From a bacterium (GTDB lineage Bacteria > Arandabacterota > Arandabacteria > Arandabacterales > JALGWA01), in NCBI GenBank assembly GCA_050125095.1, contig JASFEA010000086.1, positions 1 through 13,581 of the forward strand: a stretch of DNA of 13,581 nucleotides, in the 5' to 3' direction. The notes under the pieces were generated by a model that did no database searches, was not told the origin of the DNA, and was given only the letters and a program-made list of their open reading frames with translations. The translations under genes and the position numbers were made by a program. Positions 1-7,967 of the stretch are shown in pieces; position 1 is the first letter of the stretch, and each line of letters starts with the position of its first letter.

Positions 1-1
1 C

Positions 2-1477
2 CAGTGCCGCCCATGTGTTGGAGCTTAAGGAGAATATTACATCGAACTTGCCCTTGTGCCGCTTGACATAAGTGCGCGCGTCCTCTGTGACCACTCTGAC
101 CCGCGGGTCATGATAAATGTATCCGGAGTACTCGGGCAGCGTAATGATCTTACCCGTCGAATCGCGGATCACCGGGGGCGGCATGGTAGGGGGCTGGGGA
201 GGTGGTGGGGGCTCTTCTTCAGCTTCACTCCCACCTGTGGTATCAGCCTGCGCCACTTCCGTCTCATTCTCTCCGGCCTCACTGCCGGGCTCCCCGGCTT
301 CATCGCCGTCGCCGCTGTTCCCGCCAGCTTGGCCACCGGCTTCGGCGGTTTCCCCAGTCTCATCGGTGGCCTCTTCGGCCTGATCATCGCCGGCATCCCC
401 GGCTTCCGCGCTCTCAGACGCGGTCACCGCCGCCTGTTTCTCCGCATTCTCCGGCCTCTCTGGCTCCTCTGTTCCCTCCGGCTCGGGCGGCACGTAGTCT
501 ATGTAGCCGCTCGTATCCCCGTAGACCATCATGTGGTTGACATGGCCGTTTACCTCCACGGCGTGGATCTCGGTGCATCTGTGGTCCAGCGCCTGCAGCA
601 CGTCGCCTCCACCGCCCGCGCCGAGCGACAGGAAGGTGCATGAGTCGAACTGCTGCACCAGGTATTTTACATTGATGTCCCAGTCCGCCCCCACCGAGTC
701 CTCATCATCCCAGGTTCCGTCGAAGGGAATCACCGGCGAGTTGGACACATTGTCCACATTGATTCCCCGGTAGTACCCGGCGAAGTCGTACATCTTTATC
801 TTTGCCATGGCGTCCCAGTGTTTGTATATGACGGGGGCGCGTTCCTGGCGCTCGGGCTCGAGCATGGTCTCGGCGCGGGGCAGCAGCGCGAATAGGAGGA
901 TTATGACCGCGGCCGGGAAGACCTTGCGCCAGGTACGGCACTCCAGGAATGCGGCCGCCAGTAGCACCGGGAGCGCCGAGAGCGTCGCCGCGCCGGGCGT
1001 TCCCACTCCATTCATAAGAAGTATGGCGAGCAGGACGCCCGCCGCCGCTCCAAGGAGATCGGCCATGTAGAGCCTTGGTATATTGCCGTAGTGGCGCTTG
1101 AAGAGCATCGCGACGGCTATGCCTCCGAAGAAGAAGCTGGAACCTAAGAGCAGCAGCGTCAGTATGAACTTACCGAACATGGCCCAGCTGCCGGCGATCT
1201 GTCCGAAGTCAAGCCCCAGGCTGACGACGATCGGGGGGCCGATAAGGGCCATGAGCCCGGTGAGCGTGAGCGCCGCGCCCAGGGTTTCCCTGCGGTTGAT
1301 AAACCCGAATAGCCGCAGCGAGAGAGACCCCAGGCCCAGGCCGAGGATCGCGAGCGACAGCGTCAGGAACGCGAACGCGTAGAAGTACTCAGCCGAGAAT
1401 ATCCTGGTCCACACCATCTCCAGGCCGAGCAATGTCATGGATATAAGGGCGATGGTCACGTACCGTTTGTTTTCCAT
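2..1477 (-). CDS. Membrane-fused spermidine-synthase-like / class I SAM-binding protein, 3' end outside the window
   Basis: Not in the ORF track because there is no stop in the window. Hand translation from ATG 1477 (GGAG SD upstream) is open to the left edge: MENKRYVTIALISMTLLGLEMVWTRIFS..., about 7 hydrophobic segments including LYMADLLGAAAG. These are followed by Rossmann motifs FLSLGAGGGGDV (~599-634), IHAVEVN (~548-568) and YSGYIYHDPRVRVVTEDAR...FDVIF...NTWAAL, typical of fused membrane/spermidine-synthase-like proteins. Confidence 0.88.
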   Translation of the reverse strand, partial: MENKRYVTIALISMTLLGLEMVWTRIFSAEYFYAFAFLTLSLAILGLGLGSLSLRLFGFINRRETLGAALTLTGLMALIGPPIVVSLGLDFGQIAGSWAMFGKFILTLLLLGSSFFFGGIAVAMLFKRHYGNIPRLYMADLLGAAAGVLLAILLMNGVGTPGAATLSALPVLLAAAFLECRTWRKVFPAAVIILLFALLPRAETMLEPERQERAPVIYKHWDAMAKIKMYDFAGYYRGINVDNVSNSPVIPFDGTWDDEDSVGADWDINVKYLVQQFDSCTFLSLGAGGGGDVLQALDHRCTEIHAVEVNGHVNHMMVYGDTSGYIDYVPPEPEGTEEPERPENAEKQAAVTASESAEAGDAGDDQAEEATDETGETAEAGGQAGGNSGDGDEAGEPGSEAGENETEVAQADTTGGSEAEEEPPPPPQPPTMPPPVIRDSTGKIITLPEYSGYIYHDPRVRVVTEDARTYVKRHKGKFDVIFSLSSNTWAAL

Positions 1478-1560
1478 GCTTCTCTCCGGATGTGAGGTAA
1501 TGGGGGATAAAACGAAGGGATCGTATACTTCTCGTTATTTTGATGGCACCGCTCTCCCTT

Positions 1561-1571
1561 ACTATACCCAA
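1561..1571 (-). promoter_or_regulatory. Putative -10 element (TTGGGTATAGT) for the membrane SAM-binding gene
   Basis: TATAGT at 1566-1561 on minus, ~85 nt upstream of ATG 1477. The identical 11-mer recurs at 12570-12580. No good -35 at 17 nt. Confidence 0.4.
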
Positions 1572-1666
1572 CAGACCATTTATCTCATAGCGGTTTTGTT
1601 CATGACTCCCTAACGGGACTCCGTAGCGGGATGCCCGCGGCGTGAGCCGGCTGCTCCACCCTACTC

Positions 1667-3505
1667 TCAAGCGGATTCGCGGCGCTCCTCTTCCTTGAGT
1701 TTCCTGAGCATCTCGGCGCCGTTGGCATTGTCGGGATTGCGTTTGAGCGACTCCATATAGTAATAGATGGCGAGTTCCCTCTCGCCGTTTCGCATGTACG
1801 CCTCGCCGAGGCTGTCGTAGACGTTCCAGGAATCGGGGAAGGCCGCCACATTGAGCTTGAACACCGTAATTGCCTCCGAGCCCTTGCCCGTTGCTAGGAG
1901 CTTATAGCCATGGGAGTTTATTTCATGTTCCCAGTTCGTGCCGGGTTGGTTTTCCTTGAGTTCGTCGAGGTAGAGGAGGCCGGCCTCCGGACCTTCTGCC
2001 GCGACCTTATGCATAAGACCGGCGAGCAGGCTCCATTCCTCGGCTCCCCTGTGGCCGGGGTCAGCATCGAGCTTCCTCCTGAAGCCGGCCAGCGCCTCGG
2101 CGTACTGAGCGTTCTCGAAATAGGCTTCGCCCAGGTAGAGGAACGAATCCGACGAGTCAGGGTAGATCTCGGCATTGAGCTCGAGCAGCGCGACAGCCTC
2201 CACGGGGCGGTCGTTGCGGCGAAGCGTGTTGCCGGCGTTGTTCAGCACTTTCCAGGTCACGTATTCGGGGCTCTCGGCGTCGAGGAGCCAGTAGAGCTTG
2301 ATGGCGGCCTCCGCGCCCTGCCTTATGGCCGCCTGGATGATGCGGAAAGTCGGCGTGTAGTACTGCTCGTAGTCCGGGTAAGAGAACACCGGGTGCTCGC
2401 CGCCCCCCACCGACATGCTCACTATATCGTTTCGGATGCTGAGCCCGTTATACGAATTGGTGAGATAGACTACCCCGATGCGTTCCTTCCTGTATGCGAT
2501 TATGAAGTCCCGGAAAACGGTGAAGTCTCCCCATTGCCAGAAGCCGGTCCCGGCCGCCGCCCCATCCAGCCCGAACCCCAGGCTCCACCTCACCCCGTCC
2601 TCAACCTCGATCTGGGGGCTCAGCATGAGGTCCACGGTCGCGCTGTCGAGGCCGGTGCCGTTGATCACGGCATTTACGAATCTGGCGTAGTCCAGCGCTG
2701 TCGTATACAGGGTTGCAGAGGCGCGCGCCCGTGAGCGTTTTCTAAATTCGCCGGTTGTGTTGCCCGCCAGGTCATGGCCCACGGCCGCCATGGTCTCGTA
2801 CCTGTCCTGCCACACGAGGCTGCTGTTTTGCATGCCGAGGGGCTCTATGACTTCTCTTCTCATGATCTCATCGAGACGCTCTCCGCGGAGGTACTCGACT
2901 ACAACCTGCAGATAATAGTAACCGTCGGCCGAGTACCTGTATGCGCTCCCGGGTTCGAAGTGTATGGGCAAGGGGTCCCTCGGCTCGCCATGCGGAAGCC
3001 CCGAGGAGTGGCTGAGCACCATGCGGGCCGTGATGGTTCTAAACCACTCATTGTTGAAACCCTCCCGGTCCATGGAGTGGCCGATATACTCGGTCTCCAG
3101 GTATTCCTGAGGCACGTATTTAAAGAGAGGCCTGTCGAGGTCGATCTCTCCACTCTCCACCATCTTCATTACGAGATAAGCGAAGAAGGGCTTGGTGAGA
3201 GACGCGGCCTCGAAGACGGTGGTCTCGGTAACCGGCTCCAGGGTGATGGCGCTCTTCACGCCGTATGCCCCCGACCACGCCGTTTCACCGTCGCGGATCA
3301 GGGCAATGGAGAGCCCGGGGATATTGGCCTCGTCCATGAGCCTCGGAACGGCCTCCATGATCTCGACGGCCACCCTCTCGGCGGAGACATCGGTATTGAG
3401 GGTGGGATTCCGGCGGCCGCAGGATACACAGAACGCAGATGCCATGAGGACAAGGAGAAGGACAACCACAAGTGGCCGGGGCCCGCGGAGCACGTTCATC
3501 CGCAT
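1667..3505 (-). CDS. Serine hydrolase, beta-lactamase/AmpC-like family, with C-terminal TPR repeats; exported, possibly a lipoprotein
   Basis: Motifs IPGLSIALI, FEAASLTKP (SxxK), LSHSSGLP, YRYSADGY and WQWGD. Two TPR modules (LN.AG...YPDS...LGEAY and INSHGY...FPDSWNVYDSLGEAY). Start moved from 3547 to ATG 3505 because AAGGAGG lies just upstream and is followed by a signal peptide ending VSC-GRR. Confidence 0.92.
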   Translation of the reverse strand: MRMNVLRGPRPLVVVLLLVLMASAFCVSCGRRNPTLNTDVSAERVAVEIMEAVPRLMDEANIPGLSIALIRDGETAWSGAYGVKSAITLEPVTETTVFEAASLTKPFFAYLVMKMVESGEIDLDRPLFKYVPQEYLETEYIGHSMDREGFNNEWFRTITARMVLSHSSGLPHGEPRDPLPIHFEPGSAYRYSADGYYYLQVVVEYLRGERLDEIMRREVIEPLGMQNSSLVWQDRYETMAAVGHDLAGNTTGEFRKRSRARASATLYTTALDYARFVNAVINGTGLDSATVDLMLSPQIEVEDGVRWSLGFGLDGAAAGTGFWQWGDFTVFRDFIIAYRKERIGVVYLTNSYNGLSIRNDIVSMSVGGGEHPVFSYPDYEQYYTPTFRIIQAAIRQGAEAAIKLYWLLDAESPEYVTWKVLNNAGNTLRRNDRPVEAVALLELNAEIYPDSSDSFLYLGEAYFENAQYAEALAGFRRKLDADPGHRGAEEWSLLAGLMHKVAAEGPEAGLLYLDELKENQPGTNWEHEINSHGYKLLATGKGSEAITVFKLNVAAFPDSWNVYDSLGEAYMRNGERELAIYYYMESLKRNPDNANGAEMLRKLKEEERRESA

Positions 3506-3561
3506 ACCCTCCTTACATACTCTGACAGCACTGCGAGAGAAGAACACCTGTTACGTCCGGA

Positions 3562-3590
3562 ATCTTACTCGAAATCCGCTTCGGCTTCAA
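3562..3590 (-). promoter_or_regulatory. Putative sigma70 promoter of the serine hydrolase gene
   Basis: Minus strand TTGAAG (3590-3585), 17 nt, TAAGAT (3567-3562), ~55 nt upstream of ATG 3505. Confidence 0.55.
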
Positions 3591-3635
3591 GGCGCTTTAC
3601 CCGGGGAAGCCGCTGTGGTATTGATTAGTTGTTAA

Positions 3636-3663
3636 ATGGCCCATGGGCCATCGTCTATATACT
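3636..3663 (+). promoter_or_regulatory. Perfect 16-bp palindrome followed by a -10-like TATACT upstream of the GH13 gene
   Basis: ATGGCCCATGGGCCAT at 3636-3651 is its own reverse complement. TATACT at 3658-3663, SD GGAGG at 3676-3680. Confidence 0.45.
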
Positions 3664-3686
3664 TATCCGAATTCTGGAGGACAATT

Positions 3687-6020
3687 ATGCTCCGACTTAA
3701 AGCCCCTGTGTTCGCCCTTCTGGTCATAGTGCTTGCCCTGGCCGTCCAGGGCCCGGCCGCGGCCTCGGAGAGCGGGAGGGAGCCGGCGCCGCTTAAGAAA
3801 GTCCATTTCCAGTATATCCCCACCGGGCCTCATCAGAAGGTCGTACTCGCGGGCACTTTCAACGGCTGGAGCACCGACGCGACGCCCATGACGCTCGAGG
3901 CCGGCAAATACGTCATTACGCTCCTGCTTCCCGTCGGGGAGTACCAGTACAAGTTCGTGGCGGACGGCAACTGGATCACCGACCGCAAGGCCGAGAAGTT
4001 CCATCCCGACGGCTACGGCGGCCAGAACTCGGTGGTCGTGGTGGATGAGTCCTACGAGGGAGTGGTGATGAACCGGGGCGACGGCTCCATCGTGACCGCC
4101 GAGCTCGGCCATCGCGATAACGCGTGGGAGCGGTCGCTTAGCACCGACGGAACTGTGACGGTGCGGGTGCGCACATATACGGGTGACGTCGAGAGAGTCG
4201 AGATGTGCATGTCCGGTCCCGGCGACGACTGCATCGCCATGAGGCGCGTTGACGGAGACGGTACTTTCGACTACTACGAGGCCGACGTCACAATCCCGGT
4301 CTTCAGGTATTTCTTCAGACTTAAAGACGGCGATGCTGAGGTCATCATCGACGAGGTCGGACCGCACCGCGAGGCGCCCGCCGAGATAAGCCCCTTCGAG
4401 TTCAATTCGGCAGAGGTGGCGGCTTTCAAGACGCCGGACTGGGTCAAGACCGCGGTCATTTACCAGATATTCCCCGAGCGCTTCGCCAACGGGAGCAAGC
4501 AAAACGATCCCGACTTTTCGGAGTGGTACTACGAGGGGCTCACCAGTCTTCCCCCTACCGGCAAGACCAATGAGGAGTATTTCCATCTCGTCGACGACTG
4601 GTATGATGTCGCCGGCCTCAGGGAGAGTCCCTACAAGACGGATGGCAAGCCCGACTGGAACTCCTTCTACGGGGGCGACTTCGAGGGCATAAGGCAGAAT
4701 CTCGACTACCTGGCCGACCTGGGCGTGACCTGCGTCTACTTCAATCCGATATTCGAGGCCAAGAGCAATCACAAGTATGACGCTGCGACATATATGAAGG
4801 CCGATCCGCACTTCGGCACAAACGACGAGTTCAGGACATTCGTCGGGGAGTGCCACGAACACGGCATTCGCGTAGTCATCGACCTTGCCTTCAACCACAC
4901 GGGCCATACCTACTGGGCCTTCGTGGACGCGCGGGAGAAAGGCGTGGTCTCTGAGTACTGGGACTGGTACGAGTTCAAGAAGTGGCCCGTGCCCGGGGAC
5001 AGGGTGCATGCGCCATATAACGCGAGCGACTACTATGATTGCTGGTGGGGCTTCGGCCAGATGCCCAATCTCAATTTCGATCTCTCGCGGCCCAATGCCG
5101 AAGAGCAGAACATCGTGGACATAGATGACGCCTCCCCCAACTGGGATGTGGTAAATCGCCTCCTGGAGGCGACCGAATACTGGCTCGCCGAAATGGATGT
5201 CGACGGTTACAGGCTCGACGTGGCCGCCGACGTGCCGTTCTGGTTTTGGGAGCTATTCCGAGAGAAGGTCAAGGAGACGAAGCCCGGGGCGTACATCGTT
5301 GGCGAGCTCTGGGGAGAGTCGCCGCAATGGGTGAACGGCCGGTACTTCGACGCGGTCATGAACTACAAGTTCTTCCGCGACCCCGTGACGGCATTCATCG
5401 GCAAGGGCGAGATGACGGCGGCCGAGTTCGACAGGGCGCTCGCCCCGGGACGGCTCGTCTATCCGGAGGAAGGCGTGAGGGCAATGATGAATCTCCTGGG
5501 GAGCCACGATACCGAGCGCTTCCTTACCACGGTGGGCGGGGATCTTGATAAATACAAACTCGCCATGCTTTTCTCAATGACGTATGTGGGCGCCCCCACG
5601 ATCTACTACGGAGATGAAGTAGCCATGGAGGGGGGAGGAGACCCGGACTGCAGGAGGCCCTTCTACTGGAAATGGCCCGAGGAGAAGAAACGCGTGGAGA
5701 CCCATGACTACGTGCGGAAGCTTGCTGCGATCCGCAAGGCGCACCCCTGTTTCGCACTCGGTGGGTTCGAAACGCTGGTCGCGGATGGCAGCGTTTACGC
5801 ATACCGCCGCTACTCGAGGCATGAACAGGCCTTCGTTCTGATAAACGCAGGGGACGACGTTAGAAAGGTCGGTGTCCCGCTGGACCCGGCGATCACGAGC
5901 CTCTTCGACCCGGTTGAGAATAAGTCATACGCAACCATGCCGGGTGAGGGAGGGAGAACCATCACAGTCGAGTTGTCCGCGCACTCCGGCAGGATCTTCT
6001 TGCCGTCCGGCTCGGAATAG
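3687..6020 (+). CDS. Secreted GH13 alpha-amylase-family enzyme (neopullulanase/cyclomaltodextrinase-like) with N-terminal CBM48/AMPK-type glycogen-binding module
   Basis: GH13 conserved regions DLAFNH, DGYRLDVAAD, VGELW and LLGSHD. Also QMPNLN (neopullulanase-type MPKLN region), TPDWVK.AVIYQIFPERF and DPDCRR. N-terminal VVLAGTFNGW...GEYQYKFVADGNW. Start set at ATG 3687 (GGAGG SD), then signal peptide ...QGPAAA. Confidence 0.95.
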   Translation: MLRLKAPVFALLVIVLALAVQGPAAASESGREPAPLKKVHFQYIPTGPHQKVVLAGTFNGWSTDATPMTLEAGKYVITLLLPVGEYQYKFVADGNWITDRKAEKFHPDGYGGQNSVVVVDESYEGVVMNRGDGSIVTAELGHRDNAWERSLSTDGTVTVRVRTYTGDVERVEMCMSGPGDDCIAMRRVDGDGTFDYYEADVTIPVFRYFFRLKDGDAEVIIDEVGPHREAPAEISPFEFNSAEVAAFKTPDWVKTAVIYQIFPERFANGSKQNDPDFSEWYYEGLTSLPPTGKTNEEYFHLVDDWYDVAGLRESPYKTDGKPDWNSFYGGDFEGIRQNLDYLADLGVTCVYFNPIFEAKSNHKYDAATYMKADPHFGTNDEFRTFVGECHEHGIRVVIDLAFNHTGHTYWAFVDAREKGVVSEYWDWYEFKKWPVPGDRVHAPYNASDYYDCWWGFGQMPNLNFDLSRPNAEEQNIVDIDDASPNWDVVNRLLEATEYWLAEMDVDGYRLDVAADVPFWFWELFREKVKETKPGAYIVGELWGESPQWVNGRYFDAVMNYKFFRDPVTAFIGKGEMTAAEFDRALAPGRLVYPEEGVRAMMNLLGSHDTERFLTTVGGDLDKYKLAMLFSMTYVGAPTIYYGDEVAMEGGGDPDCRRPFYWKWPEEKKRVETHDYVRKLAAIRKAHPCFALGGFETLVADGSVYAYRRYSRHEQAFVLINAGDDVRKVGVPLDPAITSLFDPVENKSYATMPGEGGRTITVELSAHSGRIFLPSGSE

Positions 6021-6037
6021 CAGGGAGGCATGTTACG

Positions 6038-6640
6038 ATGCGATCCGTTATAGTGGCCTTGGCGGGTTTCATGCTTGCGCTCCTCATGCTCGCCGGCTGC
6101 GGGGGAGGTGACATGAACGACAATCCCCGGGTTCTCATAAGGACCCGGCTCGGAGACATCGAAGTCGAGGTCTTTGCCGACAGGGCCCCTGTCACCGCGG
6201 CGAACTTCATAAAGTACGTGAAGGAGGGCCGCTTCCGCGGCGCCACTTTCTACCGGACAGTCACCATGGACAACCAGCCCGACAACGACGTCAAGATAGA
6301 GGTCATACAGGGCGGCCTGGGAGAGGACCCGGAGAGGCTTGCCCTTCCTCCCATAGCCCATGAATCCACCGACAGGACGGGCGTGCTGCATAAGGACGGC
6401 ACCGTATCCATGGCCCGTTCCACACCCGGCACGGCGGCCTCGGAGATATTCATCTGCATAGGGGACCAGCCCGAGCTCGACTTCGGCGGGAGGCGCAATC
6501 CCGACGGCCAGGGCTTCGCCGCCTTCGGGCAGGTAGTTGAGGGAATGGACGTCGTAAGAAAGATACAGGCACAGCCTGCCGAGGGACAGTGGCTGAATCC
6601 TGAGGTGGAGATCACGGAAGTCGTGCCCGCTGCCGACTAG
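6038..6640 (+). CDS. Cyclophilin-type peptidyl-prolyl cis-trans isomerase, lipoprotein
   Basis: Motifs APVTAANF, FYRTV, VIQGG, GTVSMAR and FAAFGQVVEGMDVVRKI. Lipobox LAGC. SD GGAGG at 6024-6028. Starts 17 nt after the GH13 stop, so probably co-transcribed. Confidence 0.95.
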   Translation: MRSVIVALAGFMLALLMLAGCGGGDMNDNPRVLIRTRLGDIEVEVFADRAPVTAANFIKYVKEGRFRGATFYRTVTMDNQPDNDVKIEVIQGGLGEDPERLALPPIAHESTDRTGVLHKDGTVSMARSTPGTAASEIFICIGDQPELDFGGRRNPDGQGFAAFGQVVEGMDVVRKIQAQPAEGQWLNPEVEITEVVPAAD

Positions 6641-6647
6641 ATATGCC

Positions 6648-6666
6648 GCTCCCCGGACCCGGGAGC
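6648..6666. terminator. Small hairpin between convergent genes (possible terminator)
   Basis: GCTCCC-cggaccc-GGGAGC, a 6-bp stem in the 33-nt gap between convergent stops. No U-tract on either strand. Confidence 0.35.
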
Positions 6667-6673
6667 TCCAGGC

Positions 6674-7867
6674 CTACAGCACCTCACTGATGGCGTTGGC
6701 AAGGTGCCCGATTCCCTCGTCGATCTGATCCAGCGACGGAAATGAGTAGTTCAGCCTCAAGGTGTTCCCGCCCGTGTGATCGCAGTGGAAAGGCCGCCCT
6801 ATGACATAAGCCACGTTGTGCTCCACGGCCGTCATGAATATCTCTTTGGTGTCGATGTGCTCGGGAAGCGTGAGCCATATGAACATACCGCCCGTGGGCC
6901 TCGACCACCTCACCTCGTCGGGCATGTGCGTTTCGAGTGCCACCAGCATGGCCTCCAGCTTGGGCCTGTAGCATTCTATGGCTCTCTCGATGGACTCCTT
7001 CATCTTCCCGCGTCTCAGGTACTCGGCCAGTATGAGCTGAGAGAAAGACGGAGTGCACAGGTCAACCGACTGCTTGAGCAGTATTACTTTGTCGATCACG
7101 GGCTTCTCCGCAACGAGCCAGCCCATTCGCATGCCGGGGAAGAGCACCTTGGAGAATGTCTTCATCATGATGACGCCTTCTCCGCCAGACAGGGTCCAGA
7201 GGCTGGGGAGAATTTCGCCCGTGAAACTCAGCTCGCGGTACGGCGAGTCTTCAATGATGGGAATTCCCCGCTCGCGCGCAATGTTCAGGAGTTCCTGTCT
7301 TCGCGCCAGGGTCATGGTGACACCCGACGGATTCTGGAAGTCGGGGATGGCGTAGATGAACCGGGGCCTCTTGCCCTCCCGGTCCAGCTTCTTGAGGGCC
7401 TTCTCCAGTTCGTCGAGGCTCATCCCCTCATCGTCGAGGGATATGCCCCTCATATCGGCCCCGCATCGGGCGAAGGCCTGTATGCCGCCGAGGTAGGAGG
7501 GCTTCTCCATGATAATGGGCTGTCCTTCGTCGAGAAAGAGCAGCGAAAGCAGGTCAAGTCCCTGCTGCGAAGACGAAGTGACGCATACCTGCTCCTTCAC
7601 CGACTCGTCGCCGAACTCATGCATATGCGCCATGAGCGCTTCCAGCATTTCATCTTCGCCCTGGGTCGGCCCGTACTGAAGCGCGAGGTAACCCTTGTCC
7701 TTTAGCACCTTAACGGTGATGTCCGCAATCTCGTCGACCGGAAAGAGGGAGGCGTGCGGGAGGCCGCCGCCGAAGGAGATTACTCCCGGTTTGCGTGACC
7801 ACTTGAGGATCTCTCTAATCTCAGATCTGAAGATCCTGCTGGAGACGCTTGAAAACTCATAAGCCAT
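6674..7867 (-). CDS. PLP-dependent aminotransferase class I/II (2-aminoadipate/aromatic transaminase, LysN/ARO8-like)
   Basis: Motifs ISFGGGLP, LQYGPTQG, IPDFQNPSG, IIEDSPY, TFSKVLFPGMRMG (PLP lysine), PTGGMFIW and LRLNYS. No N-terminal wHTH. SD AGGAGG upstream. Confidence 0.95.
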   Translation of the reverse strand: MAYEFSSVSSRIFRSEIREILKWSRKPGVISFGGGLPHASLFPVDEIADITVKVLKDKGYLALQYGPTQGEDEMLEALMAHMHEFGDESVKEQVCVTSSSQQGLDLLSLLFLDEGQPIIMEKPSYLGGIQAFARCGADMRGISLDDEGMSLDELEKALKKLDREGKRPRFIYAIPDFQNPSGVTMTLARRQELLNIARERGIPIIEDSPYRELSFTGEILPSLWTLSGGEGVIMMKTFSKVLFPGMRMGWLVAEKPVIDKVILLKQSVDLCTPSFSQLILAEYLRRGKMKESIERAIECYRPKLEAMLVALETHMPDEVRWSRPTGGMFIWLTLPEHIDTKEIFMTAVEHNVAYVIGRPFHCDHTGGNTLRLNYSFPSLDQIDEGIGHLANAISEVL

Positions 7868-7901
7868 GTTGAGCCCTCCTGTACCTGATCATATCCGCAT
7901 T

Positions 7902-7910
7902 ATTATACCA
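7902..7910 (-). promoter_or_regulatory. Extended -10 promoter for the aminotransferase
   Basis: Minus strand TGgTATAAT, a perfect TGnTATAAT, 35 nt upstream of ATG 7867. Confidence 0.65.
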
Positions 7911-7967
7911 GATAGGGCGCCGGTGTGGGCACCGAAACGCCTGGCTTTCGTGATTTTGCCGGGCGGG

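Noticed and set aside
173..493. Intein or intron as the explanation for the insertion
   Set aside because: No Cys/Ser start with His-Asn end and no HINT-like hydrophobic pattern. The sequence is low-complexity and in frame.
56..1382. ORF-track entries 56..643, 117..383, 169..396, 202..540, 414..641, 531..773, 705..941, 807..1070 and 1098..1382
   Set aside because: Antisense or off-frame shadows of the real minus-strand gene 1477..<2, which has coherent family motifs.
1667..3505. Calling this gene ampC or an antibiotic resistance gene
   Set aside because: It lacks YxN and KTG. Family membership alone does not imply beta-lactamase activity.
1910..5009. Long antisense ORFs 1910..2734, 2774..3628 and 3663..5009
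   Set aside because: They lie opposite well-supported genes and have no recognisable motifs. Such ORFs are expected in high-GC DNA.
6674..7867. MocR/GabR transcription factor
   Set aside because: No N-terminal GntR wHTH. The 397-aa length fits a standalone aminotransferase.
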